The notes under the pieces: model-generated
What the model was told of the DNA's origin: nothing
Database searches by the model: none
What the model saw: only the letters and a program-made list of their open reading frames with translations
Position numbers and translations under genes: made by a program
Origin: Planctomycetota bacterium
GTDB lineage: Bacteria; Planctomycetota; UBA8108; UBA1146; JAJFFE01
Reading direction: 5' to 3'
DNA length: 37,843 nucleotides
Assembly (NCBI GenBank): GCA_039028735.1
Contig: JBCCHQ010000044.1
Coordinates: 1 to 37,843, forward strand
Shown: piece by piece, positions 11,401-18,243 of the stretch
Layout of the letters: every line of letters starts with the position of its first letter
How positions within the stretch are numbered: position 1 is the first letter of the stretch

Positions 11401-14400
11401 TCCGGGACGTTGTTGGTGTTGCAGTCGAGGCTTGTCGCGGCTGCTAGGTCGCAGCTATCCGGAACCGAGTTGCCGTTGCAGTCAGAGCTGGTGCCGGCGG
11501 CAATGTCGCACTCGTCGGGGATGCCGTTCACGTTGCAGTCGAGACTCAAGCCACCCAGGTCGCATTCGTCCGGGATGCCGTTGTTGTTGCAGTCCAGACT
11601 AGCCGCGGACAAGACGTCACATTCGTCCGGAACGCCGTTGTTGTTACAGTCTTGGCTAGTCCCAGCGGCAATGTCACAGCTGTCGTGCACGCCGTTGCCG
11701 TTGCAGTCGACCTGACAAGAGTCAGGGATGCCGTCGCTGTTGCAATCGGTGCTGACGCCACTGGCGATGTCACACTCGTCAGGGATGCCGTTAGAGTTGC
11801 AATCGGGACTGGTGCCGGCAGTGACGTCGCAGTCGTCTGGAGCGCCGTTGTTGTTGCAATCGGGTTCGCATTCGTCCGGTACGTTGTTGGTGTTACAGTC
11901 CTGGCTTGTCCCAGCGCTGACGTCGCAGCTATCAGGCACGCCGTTGTTGTTGCAGTCGGACGCGGCTACGTCACAGCTGTCTGGGACGTTGTTGTTGTCA
12001 CAGTCTGCTGCGGTGCCAGACGTGATATCGCAGTCGTCAGGGATGCCGTTGTTGTTGCAGTCCGTCTGACATTCGTCCGGTGTGCCGTCTGTGTTGCAAT
12101 CGAGGCTCGTGCCGGCAGTGATATCGCACTCATCTGGAATGCCGTTGGAATTGCAGTCTTGGCTCGTTCCTGCACTCACGTCCGTCGGATCGGGCACACC
12201 ATTGCTGTTGCAGTCGATCTCGCATTCGTCGGGAGTGCCGTTGGCGTTGACGTCAGGGCTGGTGCCAGCGGCGAGGTCGCACTCGTCTGGGATCCCATTC
12301 GCGTTGCAGTCGGGGCTTGTGCCCAGCTGCAGGTCGTCGGTATCGGGATTACCATTGCCGTTACAGTCGACGAACGTTTGATTCGCCAAGTCGGAAACGG
12401 CCGTTGCTGATAGGGCGAGGTCGTAGATCCGCACATCGTCAATGAATCCATCGAACGCCCGCGGGCCCGCCGCAGCGGGTTGATTCCCGATTGCGGCGCC
12501 CACTCCAGGATTGACATCGATCGACCCAATCTTGGGTGTGCTTCCGACCTCGGCACCGTTCAAGTAGAGCTTCATCGTCGCGCCGTCGTAGACGGCGGCA
12601 GCGTGATACCAAACGCCTGCAAACAGGTTGCCGGCCGTCGCGATCAACGTCGTGGTGATACCGCCCGCGCGGAGCCTGAAGCGGAGGCGCTGCTGTCCTT
12701 CGGACGGGATCGTCGACAGCATCCAGTAGTGTTCTGGCTCTTGAATGCCGAAGGCCTTCGACAACAAGCGACCATCGACGACGCCGAAGTCGTCGATGCG
12801 GAAGCGCACGGCGAGGGTCAGCGTCTGGCCAGGAATGTCCAAGTTGCCCAGAGCGACACGGTCGTCGACGCCGTCGAAGCGCAGTGAAAAGGGCGATCCG
12901 TCCGTCGTGATTCCCGACCACGTGGGCTGTTGCAGTGTGCCGTCGCTGCCGTTGCCGGTGCTGTCGGCGGTGGTGAGACCGGAACCCTCGTCGAATGGCC
13001 AGTAGGCACGGAGGCCACCCTCGCATTCGTCGGGGATTCCGTTGTTATTGCCGTCGTTGCTACCGCCGGAAAGGATGTCGCACGTGTCGTGTTGACCATT
13101 GTTGTTGCAGTCTAGCGGAGCTTCGCAGGCGTCGATGACGCCGTTGCTGTCACAGTCTGGCTGGCACTCGTCTGGCACGTTGTTGAAGTCGCAGTCGAGG
13201 CTAGTACCGGCCAACAGCTCACAGCTGTCAGGGATGCTATTGCTGTTGCAGTCTTGACTGGCACCGCCGGCGATGTCGCACTCATCCGGAACGGTGTTGC
13301 CATTGCAGTCCAGGCTGGTTCCGGAAGTGAGATCGCATTCGTCGGGGATCAAGTTGTTGTTACAGTCGAGGCTCGTGCCTACTGCGATGTCGAACGCATC
13401 GCCGATGCCGTTGGAGTTGCAATCCGTCTCGCACTCGTCAGGTATGTTGTTGTTGTTCGAGTCGAGGCTTGTGCCGGACGCGATGTCACAAGAGTCGGGT
13501 GTCGAATTGAGGTTGCAGTCGGCAGCGCCGCCTGCGACGTCGCAGTCATCCGGGATGTTGTTGGAGTTGCAGTCTGGATCGCAGGTATCTGGAACGCCGT
13601 TGGAGTTGCAGTCCAAGCTGGTGCCAGCCGCGATGTCACACTCGTCTGGAATTCCGTTGCTGTTGCAGTCAGGGCTGGTCCCGGCCGTCAGGTCGCAGTC
13701 GTCGGGGACGCCGTTGGCATTGCAATCGAGCTCGCACTCGTCGGCGATGTTGTTGCCCTGGCAGTCAAGGCTGGTGCCGTTCGCGATATCTGTCGCATCA
13801 GCGACTCCATTGGCGTTGCAGTCTTGGTCGACCGTGATCGTTACGGTCGCCTCGTTGCTGACGTCGATGTTGTCGTCCGCTGTGAACGTGAAGGAGTCCT
13901 GTCCCGCAAAGCCAGGGTCTGGCGTGTAAGTAGCGGACGGGAGGGTCCCGGTGACCGCCCCGGAGGTCGGGGGCGTTTGGATGACCCAATCTAGGATTCC
14001 GCCGAAGAGATCCGCTTCGGTGTCGGTTGCCAGCAGCGTGAAGTCGACCGGTGTGTCCACTGTCGTGGAGATTGCTATCGACTGGGCAACGGGCGGGTCA
14101 TTGATCGGCGTCACAGTGATCGAAACTGTTCCGACGTCGAACTGTTGCGACACGTCGCTGACTGAGAACGTGAAAGAATCAGAACCGAAGTAGTCGGGGG
14201 CGGGGGTGTAGATCAGGTTCGGCGGAGTGCCTGTCAACGTACCGTTGCTGGGATCGGTCTCGATCCCGAAGGTGATCGGTAGGTTCTCAGGATCGCTTCC
14301 GGTCAAGACAATGGGCACGGAACCATCTTCGTCGACGGTGACCATGATGTCATCGGCGACCGGTGGGTTGCCCTCCGGATTGTCGCTGAACAGACCCAGG

Positions 14401-17033
14401 ATCTCTTCGACAGCGAGCACTCGTTCGTACAAGCGGACGTCGCTGAGCATCCCCGCCCAAGGTCGTACGTTGCCGGCGGGTGGGGTGCCGCCGAGCCACA
14501 CAGGGACGGCGGGGTCTACGCTGATCTGACCCTGCTTCGGTGTCGAGCCCACGAGGACGCCGTCGAGGTAGAGGCGCATCTCGGCGCCATCGTAGACGGC
14601 AGCGGCGTGATACCAGCGGTTCGCGTCCAGGTTGCCGTCTGTGGCGATCAACGTCGAAGTGAAGCCATCTGTTTTCAGGCGGAATCGGAGCCGAGTATCG
14701 GCGCCGACCGCGATCGTACTCATCATCCAGTAGTGGTCTGGACCTAGAACATCGGTCGCTTTGGCAATCAAGCGGCAGTCGTTGGAGCCACAGTTGGCCA
14801 AGTTGTCGCTGAAGAACCAGGTCGCCATCGTCATCGCTGTGCCGTTGAGATCGAACGTGCCGGCGTCTACATAGTCGTCAGCGCCGTCGAAGCTCAAGAA
14901 CGGACCGGCGACCCAACTCGGTCCCTTGAGGATTCCGGTGTAGCCGTTTCCGGACAAGTCGTTGGCGTTACCTACGCCTTCGTCCAGCGGCCAGTAGGCC
15001 GTCAAACCCACCTGTGGACTGAAGTGCATGAAGTCGGCGACGGTGCCGGCCGGGATCACGTTTCCGTAGAGATCGGCGATCCCTTGCACGGCAAGCGTGT
15101 AGGTGAGACCGCCATCTACGGTCGTGGTCGTCAGTGCCACGGTGCGATCGTCGACCAACGACAAGCTGATAATCGTGACTCCCGGCGAGATCGCATAGTT
15201 CGACAGCTCGTTGGCCGAGTTCGGCTCCAAGGCTTCGTTGAACGTGATGGTCACCAGCGTGGGGTCGGCGACCGACAGCACCGTCTCAATGACCGGTGCA
15301 GCTGTATCGGGCACGAACTCGAATGTTTCCTGCGTGTTGGGCAGGATCACGACCCCGTTTGCATCTTCGACATTGTTGACGGTCAGCGTGTACTGCACGC
15401 CAGGTGTCATTTGTGACGTGGTCAGAGTCACGGTCTCCGCTGGGCCAGGAACAGCGGCGGTCACTGTGATCCCGCCTGAGATCTGGTAGTTGGCCGTGTC
15501 ACCGGCCGTAGTTGGATCCATAGCTTCGTCGAAGTTGATGATGACGCGTGTCGACTCGGCGATCGAACTCACGAGGAAGATCGATGGCGGCGTGATGTCG
15601 ATATCAACGATCTGCACCATGTGCGCGATGGACGGCACGTCGTTGATCAGGACGAACATCATGTAGTACCCGGGCGGGCATTGATTGGGGTCCGCAGGTG
15701 CCTGCGCCGTCAGCAGATTGCCAGATTGAGTGAAGGGCAGACGCTTGATGCGCTGCGACATGTTGTTCGAGTGGGTGACCGAACTCAGTCGAATCCAGTT
15801 TACGTTCGTAATGTTGGCAGCTTCTGGTGATTCCACTGCGAAGGTCTGCCCGTAGGCGACAACACTCGGAGCGTTCGTGATCGTTGGCCTCGGGCCCTGG
15901 AACAAGTAGGGCGGGGAGTAGACTTCGGCGGTCGGGTTGCTGTCACCTCCGGCAGAGAGCACGCGGCCATCGGGGAGCAACACAGCAGTTGAGTGGTACC
16001 AACGGGGCGTCGGCATGCTCGCGAGCGTCGTGAAGCTCTCGGTAACCGGGTCCCACAACAGCGCGGAGTAGATGGGTGTGTCACGGTTGTTGAAGCCGGT
16101 GCCGTAGACTCCGCCAGTAATCAAGATCTTGCCGCTGGGTAGCAGAGTCGAGTTGATCTGGCGACGCTGCTGCGGCATCGATTGCGTGTAGCGCCACACC
16201 GGTGTCGGCGCGTTCAGGTCGATGACTTCCACCGATGCCGTGGGTGGGATACCGCCCCCGAACATGACGACCTTGCCATCGTCGTACATGACAGAACCGC
16301 CATAGTTGCGGTTGCTGAATTTACGGTCGGCGACCGTCGTCCATTGACCGGTGCCAGCGGGGTCGAGGTAGCGCGTAGTGCGCTGCGGCCCCGTCATGAA
16401 GATCAGGCCGTTCGGCGCGATGTGCAGGTAAGGGTAGAGACTGGTGTCGCGGAGGGCGTTCGTCAGATTGCGCCATTGCGTGCCATCCCAGGCTTGCGGC
16501 ATCAGGTTGACGATGAAGTTCGTATCGATGGTTCCCGCCATGACGACGATTTCGCCGTCCGGCATGGTGATGTTCGTCGGATACCACCGGTTGTTGTTCA
16601 TGTTGGGGAGGGGGGTCACCGTGTCGGTGAAAGAGTTGTAGATCGCTGCTTTGTTCTCTCCGAGCCCGTTGTCGCCGCCGTTGCCACCCTGACCACCGGT
16701 GTGGAGCAAGTTGCCGTCCTTGGTGAACGAGAGGGCGCCACAGAACGGGTTGTAGCCAAAGGAAGCGCCAGGAGTCGTCGTGCCGGTCTCGGGATCCCAA
16801 ATGAAGGTGGTGTCGTAATACGGGAACCACATCACTTTGCCGTTGGGCAACACGTGCGTGAAGACTGCGACCCCGGGCCAGCTCATCGTAGGGCCCCATT
16901 CGCCGACGACGTTGCTTTGAGCACGGGCTGCGGGCAGCGGCATGAGGGAGAGGGCCGCAACGACAACAGCAACAAACAGAGCAATGCGTGGCGTGCGACG
17001 CAGCAGCCTGGCGAGGCCTCTTCGACTTATCAT
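5430..17033 (-). CDS. Giant secreted multidomain surface protein: glyoxal/galactose-oxidase-like Kelch propeller + Big Ig-like domains + 4 LamG domains + about 100 Cys-containing DxNxNGxPDxCD Ca-binding-loop repeats + cadherin/VCBS-like domains + uncharacterised 830-aa C-terminus
   Basis: The single ORF is 11.6 kb. The signal peptide MISRRGLARLLRRTPRIALFVAVVVAALSLMPLPAARA starts at the ATG at 17033; the maximal ORF begins with a GTG at 17090. The Kelch/glyoxal-oxidase-N-like region and DUF1929-like E-set occupy about 15530-16925. Two Big_5-like Ig domains follow. The four LamG_3-like domains share (Y/H)WPFDEG ... FDGVDDRV ... WYHAAAVYDG ... DDVR(I/L)Y motifs and sit at about 14420-15000, 12420-13020, 10230-10810 and 8000-8620. 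Three intervening repeat blocks of (GTS)xDCNxNGxPDxCD lie between them. Three cadherin/VCBS-like domains (VLDNDTDP ... DGSFTY) are at about 7100-8000. The C-terminal region has no recognisable domain. Confidence 0.9.
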   Translation of the reverse strand: MISRRGLARLLRRTPRIALFVAVVVAALSLMPLPAARAQSNVVGEWGPTMSWPGVAVFTHVLPNGKVMWFPYYDTTFIWDPETGTTTPGASFGYNPFCGALSFTKDGNLLHTGGQGGNGGDNGLGENKAAIYNSFTDTVTPLPNMNNNRWYPTNITMPDGEIVVMAGTIDTNFIVNLMPQAWDGTQWRNLTNALRDTSLYPYLHIAPNGLIFMTGPQRTTRYLDPAGTGQWTTVADRKFSNRNYGGSVMYDDGKVVMFGGGIPPTASVEVIDLNAPTPVWRYTQSMPQQRRQINSTLLPSGKILITGGVYGTGFNNRDTPIYSALLWDPVTESFTTLASMPTPRWYHSTAVLLPDGRVLSAGGDSNPTAEVYSPPYLFQGPRPTITNAPSVVAYGQTFAVESPEAANITNVNWIRLSSVTHSNNMSQRIKRLPFTQSGNLLTAQAPADPNQCPPGYYMMFVLINDVPSIAHMVQIVDIDITPPSIFLVSSIAESTRVIINFDEAMDPTTAGDTANYQISGGITVTAAVPGPAETVTLTTSQMTPGVQYTLTVNNVEDANGVVILPNTQETFEFVPDTAAPVIETVLSVADPTLVTITFNEALEPNSANELSNYAISPGVTIISLSLVDDRTVALTTTTVDGGLTYTLAVQGIADLYGNVIPAGTVADFMHFSPQVGLTAYWPLDEGVGNANDLSGNGYTGILKGPSWVAGPFLSFDGADDYVDAGTFDLNGTAMTMATWFFSDNLANCGSNDCRLIAKATDVLGPDHYWMMSTIAVGADTRLRFRLKTDGFTSTLIATDGNLDANRWYHAAAVYDGAEMRLYLDGVLVGSTPKQGQISVDPAVPVWLGGTPPAGNVRPWAGMLSDVRLYERVLAVEEILGLFSDNPEGNPPVADDIMVTVDEDGSVPIVLTGSDPENLPITFGIETDPSNGTLTGTPPNLIYTPAPDYFGSDSFTFSVSDVSQQFDVGTVSITVTPINDPPVAQSIAISTTVDTPVDFTLLATDTEADLFGGILDWVIQTPPTSGAVTGTLPSATYTPDPGFAGQDSFTFTADDNIDVSNEATVTITVDQDCNANGVADATDIANGTSLDCQGNNIADECELDCNANGVPDDCDLTAGTSPDCNSNGIPDECDIAAGTSLDCNSNGVPDTCDPDCNSNNIPDDCDVAGGAADCNLNSTPDSCDIASGTSLDSNNNNIPDECETDCNSNGIGDAFDIAVGTSLDCNNNLIPDECDLTSGTSLDCNGNTVPDECDIAGGASQDCNSNSIPDSCELLAGTSLDCDFNNVPDECQPDCDSNGVIDACEAPLDCNNNGQHDTCDILSGGSNDGNNNGIPDECEGGLRAYWPFDEGSGLTTADSTGNGSDGTLQQPTWSGITTDGSPFSLRFDGVDDRVALGNLDIPGQTLTLAVRFRIDDFGVVDGRLLSKAFGIQEPEHYWMLSTIPSEGQQRLRFRLRAGGITTTLIATAGNLFAGVWYHAAAVYDGATMKLYLNGAEVGSTPKIGSIDVNPGVGAAIGNQPAAAGPRAFDGFIDDVRIYDLALSATAVSDLANQTFVDCNGNGNPDTDDLQLGTSPDCNANGIPDECDLAAGTSPDVNANGTPDECEIDCNSNGVPDPTDVSAGTSQDCNSNGIPDECDITAGTSLDCNTDGTPDECQTDCNNNGIPDDCDITSGTAADCDNNNVPDSCDVAASDCNNNGVPDSCDVSAGTSQDCNTNNVPDECEPDCNNNGAPDDCDVTAGTSPDCNSNGIPDECDIASGVSTDCNSDGIPDSCQVDCNGNGVHDSCDIAAGTSQDCNNNGVPDECDVLSAASLDCNNNGIPDECDLGGLSLDCNVNGIPDECDIAAGTSSDCNGNSVPDSCDLAAATSLDCNTNNVPDECDIAAGTSTDCNGNSVPDSCDLAIGTSLDCNSNSTPDECDIAANVSADCNTNGIPDECDVNSGASDDCDTNGVPDECQPDCNSNGIPDTCDVANGTGADCNNNGTLDSCDVAAGTSLDCNSNNIPDECDIAAGTSQDCNSNSVPDSCEPDCNTNGSPDDCDVANGATDCNLNGNPDDCDIASGSSQDTNNNNVPDECEGFLGHWPFDEGTGTIAADISPSGADGTLNLRQWSSDTNDGSPFSLDFDGVDDRVDVGVLNVTGNTMSIAAWVRIDDFDVMDARIISKAVDVFDQDHFWMLSTLRVGVDFRLRFRLKAGGDTTTLIATSGNLTTNEWTHVAAVYDGAEMRLYKDGVLVGAVPKTGVVDQAPVPVTIGNQSPGAGFRPFDGALDDVRVYERALSEAELVQLSQGFFLDCNGNFIDDAVDLSSGASQDCNGNGVPDECDLGTTSADCNSNGTPDECEPDCDGNGVPDDCDIAAGALDCNSNGAIDSCEITAGTALDCNGNTIPDSCDIAAGAPDCNSNGAIDSCEISAGTALDCNGNTIPDSCDIAAGTPDCNGNGVPDACDITAGTAIDCNGNAIPDSCDIAAGTPDCNVNGVPDSCDITAGTSLDCDGNGIPDSCDLTTGQDCNNNGVLDSCDIAGGTSSDGNNNQIPDECETDCNLNGVFDPLDISSGTSQDCNNNGIPDECDLSAGTSQDCDLNNVPDECDPDCDGDGTPDSCAISSGSSLDCNVNGVPDECDLVFGTSNDCNVNGTPDECEVPALDCNANGVPDSCDIAAGTSQDCNTNNTPDECDISLGTSDDCDSNGVPDECEVANPDCNSNGTTDSCDIAAGTSQDCNSNGVPDECEVDCDNNGQPDDCDIAAGAPDCNSNGALDSCEADCDNDGVPDDCAITGGAADCNGNGVPDSCDIASGTSVDSDGNQVPDECEGALLGHWDFEDGPGAVAADQSGNGFNGTVTGAQFVADTTDGTAFAMRFDGVNDRVALPAIDVPGSAMSIAAWVRADDFEVFDARIMTKSTGAQEAEHFWMLSTIQVGPPPQFRPRFRLKTDGVTTTLIASSAAGNLQIGTWAHVAATYDGSFMRLFVNGVEVGIQAKTGSITADPTVPVAIGNQPVGVPDKTFDGVIDDVRLYATALNATEIAEIMTGNMAPNAQADTYDAVFETVLTVDANSGVLDNDNDPDLDGMTAVLQDDVDVGQLTLNSDGSFTYTPPQDFTGPASFTYQATDGALSSETTTVTINVQPDANAPTATPEGYSTITGNVLSVAAPGVLDNDTDPNSLTLSAVLDTPTSNGTLVLNGDGSFTYDPDSDFLGEDSFIYRATNGAQQSFPVTVTITVIVDPDKPVAAPDFYIVAQDGMLSVNSADGVIENDTDPNGDSLDAVLFQDVTDGGLTLNSDGSLTYVPDPGFFGVDTFRYRADDGVNLSTDVLVTIVVSANNADALLVPPPPGSIYKEFTRLMALDNIEWRVTDPLASNPGSPGNSPQTFLPNPVLDLAIDDLVGAVRAEAIMDVWGGHVGTIDKQLIVNGNAPITIPVIATTPTPGECYTHQATVVVDVPVSDLVTGPNFLEGDSGGQTCFNFNWGQWGWYGVTIRVYYDSSKPHPTGTITSPTPGSSFDEDPLVTADAQSSVGVDEVQFFAYYDGYDTDGDGVYLGYHYNRHVVRNAPNMDPRDHVGTDTTAPYALTWDTELVPDQQPSIIRLVARIRDNNGVYYVTPEVTGLTLARTLHEVFLAKPTNVPESFWVRAGDIDTSEFVLPLGSLTGIVSAKLLARTWNGIDGFTEIGETNYRLINGVTIPEFGENHYYQFDVVDVPTSALIEGTNTFTMNSTTIHHGIEMMWPGPAVLIRRTIPAGPPEAPGSSGGGPGGATGATSTPIGGDSTARLDRGATAPVVAWDLESLFGYGRGQTTSQPRYRAVSILGWQAHVGFDAWWHNGQLLVQSGKWVQRLAGGDATSPVAVPSTSQAPVDQSTAGYAGHEPRSAHALQ
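8645..10160 (-). repeat. In-frame coding tandem-repeat block 3 (about 37 units of DCNxNGxPDxCD)
   Basis: Runs from FFLDCNGNFIDDAVD to DSDGNQVPDECEGA. The block is bounded by LamG3 and LamG4. Antisense spurious ORFs include 8659..9516, 9303..10232 and 9544..10215. Confidence 0.85.
10815..12368 (-). repeat. In-frame coding tandem-repeat block 2 (about 45 units of DCNxNGxPDxCD)
   Basis: Runs from FVDCNGNGNPDTDD to DTNNNNVPDECEGF. The block is bounded by LamG2 and LamG3. Antisense spurious ORFs include 10707..11447, 10888..11715 and 11652..12410. Confidence 0.85.
13025..13818 (-). repeat. In-frame coding tandem-repeat block 1 (about 20 units of DCNxNGxPDxCD)
   Basis: Degenerate 39-nt and 57-60-nt periodicity runs from DQDCNANGVADATD to GNNNGIPDECEGG. 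The antisense frames are stop-free (spurious + ORFs 13254..13994 and 13273..13929). Confidence 0.85.
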
Positions 17034-17138
17034 CGATCTAACTCTTTCGAAGCAAAGTTTGGAGTCGATCAGAGTTTCCTCCGACGACACCTAGAAACAC
17101 CCAAGATTCAATAGACTTCTATTCCGACTCGTACAGGC

Positions 17139-17609
17139 CTACTTCGTGGCCTTCGACCTGAGCTCGCGAAATTGCCTTACTTGTAGGACGCGGTAGGCAC
17201 CGTCGCCCGTTCCTCTTAGCGCTCCAACAGGACCGACGACTTCAACCGAGTTACCCTTGGCGCTGTTGCGCCAGCTCGCTTGCAGTCGCGCGTGTGCACC
17301 TCGCTCGTCCTCTGTGATCGGAGCTTCGCGTTTTCCCGCAACATCCCACTGCACCTTGTAGGTCAACGGCGCGAGGCGCATCACCTCACCCGTAGCTTCT
17401 ACTCGCAGATGGGGCACGCTGTCGCGCGTGAAGAGCTCACCCACCAGTGAGGCTTCGACGCCGCGTAGAGTGCATCCCATACCTACGGCCACTAGCTCTT
17501 TCTTGAGAGCTTTGAAATTCGGCAACCGACCGTCTGCCATCTGCAGCTGGCCCGTCCATGTCTTTGCGCATGCGCGCATACTCACCTTGGACACGCCTTC
17601 CAGGCGCAT
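17139..17609 (-). CDS. Hypothetical protein (156 aa from the ATG at 17609), immediately upstream of the giant gene on the same strand
   Basis: The ATG at 17609 has a GAGGG SD about 6 nt upstream; the track ORF begins one codon earlier with a TTG at 17612. No family recognised. Fifty-one bp separate it from the giant gene's maximal start. Confidence 0.45.
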   Translation of the reverse strand: MRLEGVSKVSMRACAKTWTGQLQMADGRLPNFKALKKELVAVGMGCTLRGVEASLVGELFTRDSVPHLRVEATGEVMRLAPLTYKVQWDVAGKREAPITEDERGAHARLQASWRNSAKGNSVEVVGPVGALRGTGDGAYRVLQVRQFRELRSKATK

Positions 17610-17633
17610 CAAGCCCTCACGGACTCCGCCCCA

Positions 17634-17813
17634 TCACCCCGCAAGGCCGTAGCGGCACGTGACGGAGATGCCCACCGTGAAGAAGCGCTCCGACTGCGCC
17701 TGCGCGGAGCCGTCGGGTGCCTCGGTGGCGTCTTGAGCGATGCTGGACGACGTCGTCGCCAGCGCGGTGAAGGCAAGCAGCAAAGAGCCGCACGCGATCC
17801 CGAAACGATGCAT
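17634..17813 (-). CDS. Small ORF (59 aa) with a convincing signal peptide, in the SAME frame as the downstream 17139..17609 ORF and separated from it only by one TGA (17634-17636)
   Basis: It encodes MHRFGIACGSLLLAFTALATTSSSIAQD..., a classical signal peptide. It ends with a TGA at 17634-17636, and both ORFs are in frame ≡2 mod 3 on the minus strand. A GAAGAGG sits 11 nt upstream of the ATG at 17813. It is below the 60-aa cutoff of the ORF track. Confidence 0.3.
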   Translation of the reverse strand: MHRFGIACGSLLLAFTALATTSSSIAQDATEAPDGSAQAQSERFFTVGISVTCRYGLAG

Positions 17814-18167
17814 GTGGAAACCTCTTCAAAATGAGAAGCAACGGTAAAGACAAGCTCGCAAACCCAAACGCTCAAGTTAGCACACGGGCTGCCCTTCGAC
17901 TACTGAGGCTGCTCGAAAACGTCGCTTGTTCCGGGGCCTGCAGGGTGATCGAGTCCGGCGCGCAGATCGGGGCGTCAGGGTCGATGAGGGGAGCGCCCGA
18001 GAGGGGCAGAAGCCGGTGCGTTCGTGGGGAGTTACGGTGTGCCCCTGAGGCTCGAAGTGGGGCTTCCGACGGGGTTTCTCAAAGTCAGGAACGTGCCCGG
18101 CTGCGACTCGAACCGGCCGGGCGCTTCGTGCCGCGGGGGACAGAAGCAGTACCGAATCAGAGGCGCC

Positions 18168-18212
18168 CAGAACGGAAAGAAGCCCCGCGACTCGAGGCGA
18201 GTCGCGGGGCAG
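18168..18212 (-). terminator. Intrinsic terminator of the spondin/dockerin gene
   Basis: A perfect 13-bp GC-rich stem (18184-18196 gccccgcgactcg pairing with 18200-18212 cgagtcgcggggc) has a 3-nt loop. On the minus strand it is followed by UUCUUUCCGUUCUGG. A second small hairpin (18223-18239, taggcc/ggccta) lies 4 nt after the stop codon. Confidence 0.55.
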
Positions 18213-18243
18213 AAGAGGCATAGGCCGGCCAGGCCTACGCAGC

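Noticed and set aside
8645-13818. Possibility that the periodic repeats are a CRISPR array
   Set aside because: Units are 39/57-60 nt, degenerate, contiguous (no unique spacers), and perfectly in frame within a coding region with conserved amino-acid motifs. They are coding tandem repeats, not CRISPR.
8175-13994. Many long + strand ORFs inside the giant gene (e.g. 8659..9516, 9303..10232, 9544..10215, 10707..11447, 10888..11715, 11652..12410, 13254..13994), with S/G/P/L- or V/A/R-rich low-complexity translations
   Set aside because: They are antisense (all three frames) to the in-frame DCNxNG repeat arrays of the 11.6-kb minus-strand gene. The stop-free frames arise from GC-rich periodic sequence, with no RBSs and no protein-like composition.
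16182-17114. 310-aa + strand ORF and 16321..16899 minus ORF overlapping the 5' part of the giant gene
   Set aside because: They overlap the well-supported Kelch-propeller coding frame. Their Arg/His-rich composition is typical of off-frame GC-rich translation.
17634-17660. Selenocysteine insertion at the in-frame TGA
   Set aside because: No hairpin resembling a bacterial SECIS is present within about 10-40 nt downstream, and there is no other evidence of selenoprotein machinery in the window. It is kept only as a low-probability alternative in the findings.
18097-18124. tRNA-like 'G-AC-TCGAA-C' T-loop motif (reverse strand) inside a 7-bp-stem hairpin
   Set aside because: The flanking sequence does not form a 5-bp T-stem, acceptor stem or anticodon arm. 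It is just a GC-rich hairpin with a 14-nt loop.
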